Under the pieces are notes generated by a model that saw only the letters and a program-made list of their open reading frames with translations, made no database searches and had not been told where the DNA came from. Source: Nitrospira sp. (lineage in GTDB: Bacteria; Nitrospirota; Nitrospiria; Nitrospirales; Nitrospiraceae). Taken from it: a stretch of 64,000 nt of DNA. Within the stretch, counting starts at the first letter, position 1, and every line of letters begins with the position of its first letter. A program made the position numbers and the translations under genes. The DNA is taken from positions 768,001 to 832,000 of the forward strand of contig AP038806.1 of NCBI GenBank assembly GCA_047150005.1, read 5' to 3'. Shown one piece after another: positions 1-10,115 of the stretch.

Positions 1-1051
1 AGGGAACCAGCACGCCGGTCCGTCCGCTGTTCACGACATCGTGGTTGCCGCCGACATCGAACGAGATCATCGGTACCCCGCACGCCTGAGCTTCAAGAAT
101 GGCCATGCCGAAATTTTCGATCAGCGTCGGCGATATCCCGAACGAGCAGGTCTTCACGATACCCAGATTTTCCTTGTAGCTGACCTGACCAGGGGCATAA
201 AGCCTCGCGTTCTGAGGACGCGAGCGCAGTTCGTACTCGAGAGATGAACCGATGGGTCCGGAGAGATAGAATCCGATGGCCTCAGGTCTGTAGGACGACA
301 GTCTTCTGATGATTTCGCACACGAATTGCGAGCCCTTGTAGGCGCTTCCTGCCGAAGGGATGTAGACTAATAAGGCGTCCTTCGGAAGACCAAGCGCCTC
401 TCGAACATCATTGGCCGAAACGGACGCAATCATTTCCATATCGATCATGTTGGGGATAACCGTGACCGTCCCGTCATAGGCATAGGTCTTCATGAACGTG
501 TCATGCATGTAATGCGATGGGCAAACCACGGCGTCGATCTTCCTCAGCGCCAGATTCTCGAGGGCGATCGTCCATCTCACATCACGCTCGGAATGAAGTC
601 CCCAGAGAGGGTTTCCCAAGAATCGCGCCGGGTTATGGTGCGACACCAGGATTGTCCGGCAATGATCGGGCTTGCGTATGCAGAGGGCAGGACATCCGTG
701 ATCGGAGAAAATGAGCACATCCGGCCGAAACCTCCGGATCTGTCGATTGAGCTTGCTGCAGGGCCAAGCGAACGCCACGACTTCGGCAAAGTGGTACGCG
801 ATTTTTGACGGATCCACTATCCGAAAGTAGAGTCCTATCACTCGTTCGAGCGCCTTCGACAGGAACGGATGCGCCCCCCGGCGAACGATGTCTCTCTCCT
901 CCAGAGCGACATCATAGTCTGCGAAGGTGTACATGCGTACGTCGAATCCTCTTCTTTTCAAAGCGCGATAGAGATTGTATTGGGCGTGGGACACTCCTCC
1001 GGAACCGGCCGGAGGGCATGAACTCGATACGATGGCGATTCGTTTAGGCAT
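1..1051 (-). CDS. Glycosyltransferase family 4 (runs off window start)
   Basis: Manual translation from ATG at 1051 gives MPKRIAIVSSSCPPAGSGGVSHAQYNL; near the window edge ENFGMAILEAQACGVPMISFDVGG (GT-B ExxxxxxxE motif). Absent from the ORF track because there is no stop in the window. Confidence 0.85.
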   Translation of the reverse strand, partial: MPKRIAIVSSSCPPAGSGGVSHAQYNLYRALKRRGFDVRMYTFADYDVALEERDIVRRGAHPFLSKALERVIGLYFRIVDPSKIAYHFAEVVAFAWPCSKLNRQIRRFRPDVLIFSDHGCPALCIRKPDHCRTILVSHHNPARFLGNPLWGLHSERDVRWTIALENLALRKIDAVVCPSHYMHDTFMKTYAYDGTVTVIPNMIDMEMIASVSANDVREALGLPKDALLVYIPSAGSAYKGSQFVCEIIRRLSSYRPEAIGFYLSGPIGSSLEYELRSRPQNARLYAPGQVSYKENLGIVKTCSFGISPTLIENFGMAILEAQACGVPMISFDVGGNHDVVNSGRTGVLVP

Positions 1052-2069
1052 GCTGCTTCTGCCGGATTCCGCATTTGATCAGCAATTTGACAAACTGCAT
1101 CCAGGTCAACCCCGTGTCAGATCGAAACGGCGATTCCAGGAATTTTCGCGCGGTCCGAATCCCCAACGGTGTCGCTCCACCGCACACGGCGGCCCACCGG
1201 TGCCCGAGGACTTGCGCAAAGGCCCGCGGCTCATATAGCCCGGTGACCTCATTGGCATTCTTGAGTTTGGACAACCAGGTGTGCGCGGCGTCGATGAAAC
1301 CCCACTCCGCTTCGAACTGCCAGGTACTCAATGCCTGATGAAGGTCCAATTCGTCAGCCGCCGGAAGAATTCCCAGGTGCTCCAATTGGTCCTTGCGGAT
1401 ACGCCTCGCTGAAGCATGCTTTTCATTCTCATACCTTCTGACTATCTGCTGCGGATGAAGCCGATATTTCAACAACACGTTCGGGATGTTGGCGAGAGCC
1501 GTATGCCGTGACGCCCGCACCCAGAGGTCATAGTCTTCGGCGTGTAGACGAGCCGCATCATAGGAAAGCCCCGCCTTGGACAACACGTCCCTGCGCATCA
1601 CGACGGAAGGATGGGGCAGGACCGATTCGAATAGGAGCCAGCTGCGTATAGCGGGGTCGTCGGTGGGGAGAGGGACGGTTCTTCGCGTGAGACCATCGAA
1701 TGTTTCGATCCACGCCCCGCAGATCCCTACATGGCGATTCGCGCTCATGAAGGCGATCTGTATCGCCAGTCTTTCGGGAAGACTGATATCGTCTTGATCC
1801 ATCCGGGCGATATACTCCCCCCGGACCAATTCCAGTCCGCGGTTGAGCGTTGCGATCAGGCCTTCGTTGCCTTGTTCATATGCGCGGACGCGTCGATCCG
1901 CCCGTCGATGCCGTTCAATGATCTTCGAAGTACCGTCGGTGGATCCGTCATTGATAATGATCAATTCCAAATCATCCAGGGTCTGGCTCATGATGCTTCG
2001 GATGGCCTCATCCAGATACCGTTCACCATTGTAGACGGGCATGAGCACGCTCACGCAGGGAGTCGGCAT
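1044..2069 (-). CDS. Glycosyltransferase family 2
   Basis: VSVLMPVYNG, INDGSTD, ARMDQDD and EDYDLW GT-A motifs. Confidence 0.92.
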   Translation of the reverse strand: MPTPCVSVLMPVYNGERYLDEAIRSIMSQTLDDLELIIINDGSTDGTSKIIERHRRADRRVRAYEQGNEGLIATLNRGLELVRGEYIARMDQDDISLPERLAIQIAFMSANRHVGICGAWIETFDGLTRRTVPLPTDDPAIRSWLLFESVLPHPSVVMRRDVLSKAGLSYDAARLHAEDYDLWVRASRHTALANIPNVLLKYRLHPQQIVRRYENEKHASARRIRKDQLEHLGILPAADELDLHQALSTWQFEAEWGFIDAAHTWLSKLKNANEVTGLYEPRAFAQVLGHRWAAVCGGATPLGIRTARKFLESPFRSDTGLTWMQFVKLLIKCGIRQKQHA

Positions 2070-2071
2070 GG

Positions 2072-3259
2072 CTATCCCACCTCCTGCGTGCGACCTGGAC
2101 GGACCTCCAGGCTCATGCGAATGTTGGAAGCACTCACCGGTAACCCCATCTTCCGGAAAATGTCCTGAAAGCGATGAGCGTACGTATGCTCTCGCATGGT
2201 TCGGTCGTATCCGGCGCGCGCAATCGCGGCGCGTTCGTCCTCATGCTTCAGGTAATAGCGGATCTTCGCAATCAGATCGTCCAGATGATCGAAGGTGACG
2301 ACCTCTGTGCCGTCGTCATAGTATTGGTCGAGATTATCGGCCCGTCCTGTCAGCAGGAATCCGCCGCATCCCGGCACTTCAAAGTTACGCCCCTTGATCT
2401 GTTCGGAGTAACTCAGGCCGACAGTGCGGCATGGCTCAGACGCCGCTCGCGCAATTTCAGGGCTGTTGGACTGCTTCAACCAGGCCTTACCCCGTGACTT
2501 CACTCGAGAACCTAGCGGGATCATGTCCAACAAGCGGGAAATTCGGCTACGGGTCCTCTTTGTCGGCGCAGGGACATCATTCTCCCCTGCCGTATTCGCG
2601 GGAATCGAGGCGTTGGCGAGATTGAGATTCACTCGGCTCCGGCTGAAAATACGGATCAACTCTTCTTGAGACACGCGACCGGATTCCCAGCCGCTTCCCC
2701 ACACCCTCACTCTGATCCCGGCCTTACGGATTGCCTCAATCACCTGCGGCCGATTGCCGTGGGGTTGCCCGACAAAAGTGACGTCGTATTGCATCGGTAA
2801 TTCGGGCTTTCGGTACGAATAGTGATTGCACCCCCATTGGCTCTTGATGACGTGGTCGAACCCTAGAGCGGCATATTTCGGCAATGCGCTGAGCGCCGTG
2901 GTCACGACCCAGGTAAAACACGATGCCCAGTGTCGGGAGAAATCATCAAACCGCCAGTGATCATCGCAGAACCAGTTGAGCGTGGTCGTCCGCTCTTTCA
3001 CTTGCCGCAGCACAGCCGGGTCGAATTCATCCTTAAACAGCACGGCCATCATCAGCTCAGGCTGTTCCGACCGAACCGCTTCGAGCAACCGACGGTTCAT
3101 CCATTCCCGTCCATGTTTCTGCGCGAGCGTCATGTAGTCGAAATACACGATGTCGTGCCCCATATGAACGAGTGAATCATAGAAGTTGTGATGCTCAAAG
3201 CCGTATCCTTGCTCCGGGCGGCCATAGTCATATTTCATCGCTGTGTACAGAATACGCAT
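2072..3259 (-). CDS. CgeB-like glycosyltransferase (Glyco_trans_1_2)
   Basis: NWFCDD, DVTFVG, KGRNFEVPGCGGFLLT and EHTYAHRF motifs. Confidence 0.82.
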   Translation of the reverse strand: MRILYTAMKYDYGRPEQGYGFEHHNFYDSLVHMGHDIVYFDYMTLAQKHGREWMNRRLLEAVRSEQPELMMAVLFKDEFDPAVLRQVKERTTTLNWFCDDHWRFDDFSRHWASCFTWVVTTALSALPKYAALGFDHVIKSQWGCNHYSYRKPELPMQYDVTFVGQPHGNRPQVIEAIRKAGIRVRVWGSGWESGRVSQEELIRIFSRSRVNLNLANASIPANTAGENDVPAPTKRTRSRISRLLDMIPLGSRVKSRGKAWLKQSNSPEIARAASEPCRTVGLSYSEQIKGRNFEVPGCGGFLLTGRADNLDQYYDDGTEVVTFDHLDDLIAKIRYYLKHEDERAAIARAGYDRTMREHTYAHRFQDIFRKMGLPVSASNIRMSLEVRPGRTQEVG

Positions 3260-3296
3260 ACAAGCACCCTCTGATTTTCGCGCAAGGATCCGACGG

Positions 3297-4049
3297 CTAC
3301 GGCAATCGATACAGCAAGGTCATGCCGGGCAGCCCTGTTTGAGACGAAAGCACCCGGTAGCGCCGAGGGGCAGCGGCCAGCGCATCCACAATGGCTCGAT
3401 ACGGCCCGATGTTGTATCCAGATTCAGCGGATTGGAAGAACGTATCGTGTAACAGAATGTGGGCGTTGGGCATGCATGCCATCACGCCGGTTAGGTCGCA
3501 CATCACGGATTCATACTGATGGTCTCCGTCTATGAATACCACCGACGGGACAGTCGTGCTGAGACGGGCGCTGATCTCGCGGCATACCCCAAGCCCATCG
3601 CCCTGATACAAACGTACCCCGCTCAAGCCAGTTACGAGTTCCCCACGTCGTTTACCAGGATGCTCTTGATGCGCCGAAGGATCGGGGAGGTCAATGGAGT
3701 GAACGGTGACATTCAAACCAAAATGTCTGGCCGTTTCATAGAACACTCTGGCGGACTTCCCGAGATGAGTCCCCCATTCCACAATATGATCCGGCTTGAA
3801 CCGGCAGACGGTGGCCACCATCAGGGACAGCTCATTGAGCGGGAATGGGTGCACTCCAACGACGGGCACCAGTGTGTCGACGACAAAACTCGAGATGGTC
3901 CAATTATCTACCTCGAATTCGCTGCAGTGAATGTTCATGGCAGGATCGCGGAAGCTTGAGTACGACGGATTTGACGGGAAGCCCAGAAGTTGTTTCAGGC
4001 TACGCATGCGCAACGACCTTTCTGAACACTCCTTCATACTGGTCCGCAA
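3297..4049 (-). CDS. Class I SAM-dependent methyltransferase (Methyltransf_24-like); true start probably downstream
   Basis: IVEWGTHLGKS, VFIDGDHQY and ILLHD motifs. Confidence 0.75.
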   Translation of the reverse strand: MRTSMKECSERSLRMRSLKQLLGFPSNPSYSSFRDPAMNIHCSEFEVDNWTISSFVVDTLVPVVGVHPFPLNELSLMVATVCRFKPDHIVEWGTHLGKSARVFYETARHFGLNVTVHSIDLPDPSAHQEHPGKRRGELVTGLSGVRLYQGDGLGVCREISARLSTTVPSVVFIDGDHQYESVMCDLTGVMACMPNAHILLHDTFFQSAESGYNIGPYRAIVDALAAAPRRYRVLSSQTGLPGMTLLYRLP

Positions 4050-5352
4050 TCTTCTCCCACGTAAAGCGGTCCGCCCAGTTCCGTTTTCCGGCCGCGCCTA
4101 ATCGCTCAAGTTTCGTCCTGTCATGGGCTAACCGTGACCACTGCGCCGCAAACAGCGCAGGATCCACCTCGGTATATCCCCGATTGTCCTGAGACGCCGG
4201 ACAGATCACGCCTGCACCGGTCCACTCGGCGATTTCGGACGCGTTTCCCACCGGAACGGAGAGAAAGGGAGTGCCGGCAGCGGCTGATTCAAACAGCACG
4301 AGGGGGGAATATTCGACGTGAGACGCGAAAACAAAGAGATCCGCATTGACATATGCCTGCACCAGCTCAGACCGGGAGAAATCCGTCACCAACACGCGTT
4401 TCCTGCTTTCCTGCGCATGGATCTGCTTAATGATCTCCTGTAATTCTTTACGGAACGTAACAACGCCAAGGCTGGTACCTGCCGCATATCTACCCAGACG
4501 CACCCCTGCTTTGTTGAGCAAGCCATGAACAACATGCTTACCCGCAGATGGAAGACCTTCGGCTCGATAGATGTCATTTATCACGCGAATATATTCCCTC
4601 GCCTTCCCCGCCATGACTTCCAGCGCCGAACTGTTTGTTGCGTATCCTCCTTCGTTCCCATTCAGGAAGAGGGTGGCTGGTTGGCCGGCCAGATCTACGG
4701 ACAAGAATGATTTGGCCACGTCAAGATGCCCTTTCGCCCTGCCAAGGCTCCCCACTGTGAGAAACAACAGATCATCCGAACCGATCTCATGTCGTTGCCT
4801 GAACGACGCGTCAGCCGCTACAGAAAACTCGACCTCGCTTGCCCCATTTGGGATGATCGAGTAACTCTTGACGCCATGCCTACTTGCAAAATTGATATCC
4901 CGATAATTTGAAGCGTAAAAGATGAGATGGTCAAACTGACGGAGAATTGCCGGCAAGCGCTCAAAATATTCTCCATAGGCTGGCTCATACAGCCCGGAAA
5001 ATCCGCACGGGATGAACACTTTCCCCGCCTCGATGTCTGCCAGCACCGGCCATAAGGCGTCAAACGTCCATTGCTGAGCCGCCTTGACCATCACGATATC
5101 GAAAGCCCCGGTCGTCACGAACCGCCGATACCGCGTGACATCGCCCTTCATCCCTTTCGCGAGATTTCCCGAAATCGAGAATTCTTGAACCTTCACGCCA
5201 TGTAGCTCACTGAACCCGCGGGATCGGATCGCCGTGGTTGCGATGGTCACGGAATGCCCGCGCGTCACCAACCGCTGGGCGAGTTGCTTCATGACCTCTT
5301 GAACCCCGCCGACGGTCGGCGCATAAAATTCGCAGCAGAACAAGATGTTCAT
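4000..5352 (-). CDS. Glycosyltransferase family 4
   Basis: YAPTVGGVQ N-terminus, IIPNG, EYSPLVLFESAAAGTP, FTWEKIA. Confidence 0.88.
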   Translation of the reverse strand: MNILFCCEFYAPTVGGVQEVMKQLAQRLVTRGHSVTIATTAIRSRGFSELHGVKVQEFSISGNLAKGMKGDVTRYRRFVTTGAFDIVMVKAAQQWTFDALWPVLADIEAGKVFIPCGFSGLYEPAYGEYFERLPAILRQFDHLIFYASNYRDINFASRHGVKSYSIIPNGASEVEFSVAADASFRQRHEIGSDDLLFLTVGSLGRAKGHLDVAKSFLSVDLAGQPATLFLNGNEGGYATNSSALEVMAGKAREYIRVINDIYRAEGLPSAGKHVVHGLLNKAGVRLGRYAAGTSLGVVTFRKELQEIIKQIHAQESRKRVLVTDFSRSELVQAYVNADLFVFASHVEYSPLVLFESAAAGTPFLSVPVGNASEIAEWTGAGVICPASQDNRGYTEVDPALFAAQWSRLAHDRTKLERLGAAGKRNWADRFTWEKIADQYEGVFRKVVAHA

Positions 5353-6308
5353 CTCGTCCCGTTTCTCAACTCCATCCAGAGATTCCTATTTCCAACAAAC
5401 CACTCCCATGTTCGTTGGATTCCCTCATGAAAAGGGACGCGCATGCGCCAATCCGTATCAGCGCGAAGCCTGGCACTGTCCAACACATTGGCTTCGACGT
5501 CGAATTTTCGAGGAGGCAGGGTTGTAATCCGCAATGGAATATTGAGCGATTCGGCATAGGGAGCCAGCTCGTCGAGAATCTCCCTATTGTTTCTACCTTC
5601 CCCGCTCCCAATATTGTATGTGGCCCCTGGTTGGCCGCGATCTAACGCCGCCACAATGCCGTCGGCCACGTTTTCAACGTGAATGTAGTCCCGAATCGTC
5701 CCATTCGCCCCATATATCGTGATTTCTTTCCGGTTCAGAATTGCGGCGATCGCTGCTGCGATGAACCCTTGTCCGACGAAAGGGTTTTGGTGCTCGCCGA
5801 ACGCATTGGCCGGTCGAACAATGACGATCGGCAGTTCTTTCAGTCGATAAAACATCTGTGCATATTTTTCGATGGCGAGCTTGGTCACGCCGTAGGGAGA
5901 GATCGGGTCGGTCCTGTGGTCTTCGCTGAGCGGCAGCCCGCGCGCGGGACCATATACAGTGCCGCCGGATGAGATCACGACAAGCTTCTGAATCGCATAG
6001 TCGCTGGCTGTTTCAAACAGACCCACCGCTGCTGGCAGGTTGCTCAAAATGTCCCGGATCGGATCATCAAAGCTGGTGCTTGGAACGCTTGAATAGGACA
6101 GGTTGACAAGGGCATCGACGCCAATCAGAACCTTCCGCAGCGTATCCTTGCGACCGTAATCCCCGAGAACGTACCTGGCAGCCTTCGGTAGCTGGGTTGG
6201 CGCCGGCTGGGTGTCGAGTATCGTGACCCGTCTGCCTTGTGATAGCAGAGCGGCGGTGACATGCGCACCGATGAATCCTCCGCCTCCGATAAGACAAATG
6301 TGGTTCAT
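5349..6308 (-). CDS. NAD-dependent epimerase/dehydratase
   Basis: GGGGFIG Rossmann motif, SSGGTVYG, YGVTK; start trimmed to MNHICL. Confidence 0.9.
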   Translation of the reverse strand: MNHICLIGGGGFIGAHVTAALLSQGRRVTILDTQPAPTQLPKAARYVLGDYGRKDTLRKVLIGVDALVNLSYSSVPSTSFDDPIRDILSNLPAAVGLFETASDYAIQKLVVISSGGTVYGPARGLPLSEDHRTDPISPYGVTKLAIEKYAQMFYRLKELPIVIVRPANAFGEHQNPFVGQGFIAAAIAAILNRKEITIYGANGTIRDYIHVENVADGIVAALDRGQPGATYNIGSGEGRNNREILDELAPYAESLNIPLRITTLPPRKFDVEANVLDSARLRADTDWRMRVPFHEGIQRTWEWFVGNRNLWMELRNGTR

Positions 6309-6331
6309 GGTCGTGGAAAGTCCCGCAACGG

Positions 6332-7336
6332 TCATCGCCAGCCTGAGACAAACCGCCCGAATGTCGCTGATATGTCCCTGATGGTACGACGAACCCCCTG
6401 CCCGCTCTTGAATCGGCGGTAATGAGGCCTGAGTCCGGCAAGTTGAGCTTGGGCTCTCCGTCTGAGGAGGGAGGAACTCACCCCACATGAGGCGGTTACC
6501 CTGTCGGCCATGTCAAACACCAGGCGCGAGATCGCGCTCCAGCGAACGCGAGGATCAACCCTCGAATAGGCCGCATGATTGAGCGCCGCCACATCAGCGA
6601 TCGTCCCTCCACCTGCGCCGTCGTTCAACAGCCACCGCATATTCTCCACACTGATGTCGATGACTCGATTGCGGAACGGAGATGCGCCATCCCGGGACAT
6701 GCTCGTCGGGATCTCCCGATAGATATGAAGGATCTCGGGGATATTCGCGACATCCCATTCCCTAGCGAGTCTCGACCACAACTCATAATCCTCGGGTGGT
6801 TGCCGATCGGGATCCGTCGAATACAGCCCGACGGTTTTCACGGCGGATTTTCTCAGCATGACCGAGCTATGCACGAACGGGTTGTCAAACAGGAGGTCGA
6901 ACTTCAAGAGACTATTCTCCGACGCATGCCTGTGGACTCTTCCAGTCGCCTCGGTTCCGGTCACAATCTCCGCCCACGTGCCGACCAGCCCGCAATGCGG
7001 GTGAGAATTCATGTACGCCACTTGATTCTCCAGCCTCTGCGGCAAGGACACATCATCCTGGTCTTGCCTCGCCAGATAGTTTCCCCTGGACAGTTCGATG
7101 GCACGATTGAGCGTCTCGGCCAACCCCTGGTTTTCCTGACGATAGGCTCGGATTCTGGAATCCTGAAATGCACGGATGACCTCGGCGGATCGATCTGTCG
7201 ATCCATCGTCGATGACAATCAGTTCAAAGTCTGCAAAGGACTGTGACAGCATACTTTCGATTGCGGCGCGTAAATACTTGTCGCCGTTGTAAACCGGAAG
7301 CAGCACGCTCACCAATGGAGTTTCGGAATCAGCCAT
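6332..7336 (-). CDS. Glycosyltransferase family 2
   Basis: VSVLLPVYNG, DDGSTD, ARQDQDD, EDYELW; paralog of 1044-2069. Confidence 0.92.
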   Translation of the reverse strand: MADSETPLVSVLLPVYNGDKYLRAAIESMLSQSFADFELIVIDDGSTDRSAEVIRAFQDSRIRAYRQENQGLAETLNRAIELSRGNYLARQDQDDVSLPQRLENQVAYMNSHPHCGLVGTWAEIVTGTEATGRVHRHASENSLLKFDLLFDNPFVHSSVMLRKSAVKTVGLYSTDPDRQPPEDYELWSRLAREWDVANIPEILHIYREIPTSMSRDGASPFRNRVIDISVENMRWLLNDGAGGGTIADVAALNHAAYSRVDPRVRWSAISRLVFDMADRVTASCGVSSSLLRRRAQAQLAGLRPHYRRFKSGQGVRRTIRDISATFGRFVSGWR

Positions 7337-7407
7337 GCCTCACATCCGCCTCCTCTCCCGGTGAACCTGCGGCCGGCCTTGCCTGTCACGGCCCAACCAA
7401 CCGTCCG

Positions 7408-8274
7408 TCACAGTCGTCTCGCTTCGACGAGATACCCGACCGTAAACTCCTCCACGAACACGTCTTTTTCCAATCGAGCCAGACGTCGTGGCAACCAATA
7501 CAGGAGAATCAGTCGTGTGAGGAGCGAAAGGTGTTGCGGCGCTTTGGAGGCGATCATCCGTCCCACTCTGTAGATTTCTTGCCCCACATGTTTGAGCAAT
7601 CCTCCAATGGGACGAATCTCTACGATTTCAAAATTGGATTGCGCCAGGACCCGTTGATAAAAGTACGGCGTGTACCCCCCGTAATAGTGAAACGGCTGTT
7701 GATGCAGCCCGCTTCCTAAGGGCGCTGTCAGGAAAAGCCTTCCGCCTCTGACGAGGATACGACCAAATTCCGCCACCGCAGCCATGGGCTCCGGCACATG
7801 TTCGAGAACCTCCGTGCACAAGACCGCGTCAAAGGATTTGTCGGGAACCGGAATCGCGTTGATGTCACACACGTAATCGATATCGCCGTAGTTCCAGCGC
7901 TCCTTTTCCGAAGCCGACGCAGAACCATGGTAGCCGGCAAAATCCTGCGTCTTATAGTCGCAATGGCCGAACAACTTACGATATGGGCATTGTCCCGCTC
8001 CCACATCCAGAACCTTTGAGCAGTTCTGTAGAGACGCCGCTTTTTCAGCCACCCAATTCTCACGAGCATAGGCCCCGAAATTTACGATGGTTTCCATATA
8101 TTGAGAACGCTCCGCGACACCTGCCGTCGTGATCACACGAATCATTTCCATGAACCCGCCGCCAATGCTCGTATGCCTATGCAAATTCCGTTCGTCGCTG
8201 ATCATGACTCTTGATTGAACGGGCCCTGTTGACCATCGCCGCATGTCTGGGCTACCCCATGACGAATGTTGCAC
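7408..8274 (-). CDS. Class I SAM-dependent methyltransferase (start uncertain)
   Basis: VLDVGAG, FDAVLCTEVLEHVPEP. Confidence 0.85.
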   Translation of the reverse strand: MQHSSWGSPDMRRWSTGPVQSRVMISDERNLHRHTSIGGGFMEMIRVITTAGVAERSQYMETIVNFGAYARENWVAEKAASLQNCSKVLDVGAGQCPYRKLFGHCDYKTQDFAGYHGSASASEKERWNYGDIDYVCDINAIPVPDKSFDAVLCTEVLEHVPEPMAAVAEFGRILVRGGRLFLTAPLGSGLHQQPFHYYGGYTPYFYQRVLAQSNFEIVEIRPIGGLLKHVGQEIYRVGRMIASKAPQHLSLLTRLILLYWLPRRLARLEKDVFVEEFTVGYLVEARRL

Positions 8275-8286
8275 CTCAAGATTTTC

Positions 8287-9207
8287 TCATGTGCCCACGC
8301 GTGCCGACTTGACGGCTATGAACGCAAAGTCGGCGCAAATGGTCTTCTTGAGAAGACCGTGACGAAGCATCTTTGTGTAGGACGCATCTGACTCCAGGCG
8401 CTTGATCGGCAGACAAGGATCTCTCATGACCTCGATGTCACGGTAGCCATGTCGCAGCATCGCGCTCATGACCTTGTAGCCGTAATAGACGTATCCGTTC
8501 GAATCGACAATCTCAAACCCATTATTTCCTAGAAGCGCCTTGAGCCCGTTGATCGTATAGAGCGCACGATGGCAAGGTCTCCAAAAGTTAATATCTTCAG
8601 CGATATCACTCTCGGCATACCTATCGCACGTGATGACCGGGAGTCTCATCAGCAATTTCCCGTTCGGCTTTAATGTTGCCCATGCCCGTCGCAAGAACTC
8701 CCCCGGATGATCCAGATGCTCAAATACCGCATTGGAATACAGCACATCGACGGACGCCCTCCAGTCGGAGACGGTTGCAACCCTGTCGGCATAGATCGGA
8801 TGCCGCGCCTGGAATCGCGTCACAGCTTCCGAGTTTATGTCGACACCATAAATATTGGCCCCTTGGCTCAGGAACTGAATGAGTTCATCGCCACGCCCAA
8901 ACCCGACTTCCAGCGCTGCCCCTGCACTGCAGATGGTGTGCGCCAACCGATCAAGAATACTCAGGAATCGTCGTGTTGCCTGGCGATGAAACAGTGAATA
9001 GAGCCGTTCATACTTGACGAAAGCACTACGTCGATTTGCAATCGGTTTCACGGGAGGCTCCGAATATACCGAGTCGAAATAGCGGTTATTGTCCGTCTCG
9101 GCAGTTTCATCGGAAATGTAGTTTGCGCTTTGGCACCCAAAACAGACGGAGTATGTCCCAGCGACCGGATTCATGAGTGGACGCTGGCATGCCTTACAGG
9201 ATTTCAC
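8287..9207 (-). CDS. Class I SAM-dependent methyltransferase with N-terminal Cys pairs
   Basis: CKAC...CFGC, LEVGFGRG, VFEHLDHP, LKPNG. Confidence 0.82.
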   Translation of the reverse strand: MKSCKACQRPLMNPVAGTYSVCFGCQSANYISDETAETDNNRYFDSVYSEPPVKPIANRRSAFVKYERLYSLFHRQATRRFLSILDRLAHTICSAGAALEVGFGRGDELIQFLSQGANIYGVDINSEAVTRFQARHPIYADRVATVSDWRASVDVLYSNAVFEHLDHPGEFLRRAWATLKPNGKLLMRLPVITCDRYAESDIAEDINFWRPCHRALYTINGLKALLGNNGFEIVDSNGYVYYGYKVMSAMLRHGYRDIEVMRDPCLPIKRLESDASYTKMLRHGLLKKTICADFAFIAVKSARVGT

Positions 9208-9322
9208 CCGGCTCGCTCCTGCCTGCTCACAAATCTCTGACCGTGACCCTGTAGGGGGACCGCGATGATGCGGCGAGACACTGATATGGAGAATGCATTT
9301 GGCATGCGCATCCCATTCTCAG

Positions 9323-10096
9323 TCATCGATCTAGGTTGACGCATTCGAAATGATCGTTAATGAATTGCTGCTTGGTCAGTGCTGGCAATTCCGGCACCAG
9401 GTTTCTGAACAAGACCACGTACCCGATCAAGTTCTCTGAGGACGAGACGCCAAAAGCCTCCTGGCGAGAATACCGAGGATGGAGTAACCGGTACTCGGCC
9501 GGCTGGCACAGCTTGCCCCGTATGAGCTCAAGATTGCAGATTCGCTTATCCACGGTCGCACGACCACTGAACTCCGGCGAACCTCCTCCCCCCTCGCAAA
9601 ACGTGAAATCGGAGGAACCTGGAACTTGAAAATCATCGATGACTACGACGCAACGTGGAACCCGAGAGACGATCAGCCCAATCTCATCCACGAGAGGCCA
9701 ATAGTCGTACCAATGGGCATCCAGGTAGAACAAGGGCAGAGGTCCCACGAGGTTCTGATCGATGATTTGCCTAAGAGCCTGCTCAGAACTTGCATGAATC
9801 ATCTTGACGTGACTAAAGCCTTTCAGCCGCTTGCTGGACGAATGAAAATATGCATCCTTCACTTCACAAGAATAGATTGGGAAACTGAAGGTCCTGGCCA
9901 TGTATTCGGTTGTGTCGCCCACGTACGTTCCGGTTTCCACAAACGAACTGATCGGCCATTGCGAACAGATGGATAGGACGAGCTGCTGGTAGCATCGGTC
10001 CCCGTGAAACGCTCGATTCGTGTCGCCGAGGATAACCGGCCAAGGCGTGTCACGAGACCCCAGCAGGGACCGCACCTTGTTCGTTAAATAACCCAT
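9323..10096 (-). CDS. Methyltransferase-like hypothetical protein
   Basis: FVETGTYVGDT, FYLDAHW and VIDD motifs; lies within the glycan operon. Confidence 0.65.
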   Translation of the reverse strand: MGYLTNKVRSLLGSRDTPWPVILGDTNRAFHGDRCYQQLVLSICSQWPISSFVETGTYVGDTTEYMARTFSFPIYSCEVKDAYFHSSSKRLKGFSHVKMIHASSEQALRQIIDQNLVGPLPLFYLDAHWYDYWPLVDEIGLIVSRVPRCVVVIDDFQVPGSSDFTFCEGGGGSPEFSGRATVDKRICNLELIRGKLCQPAEYRLLHPRYSRQEAFGVSSSENLIGYVVLFRNLVPELPALTKQQFINDHFECVNLDR

Positions 10097-10115
10097 GCGC
10101 GTCGCCACTTCCTCC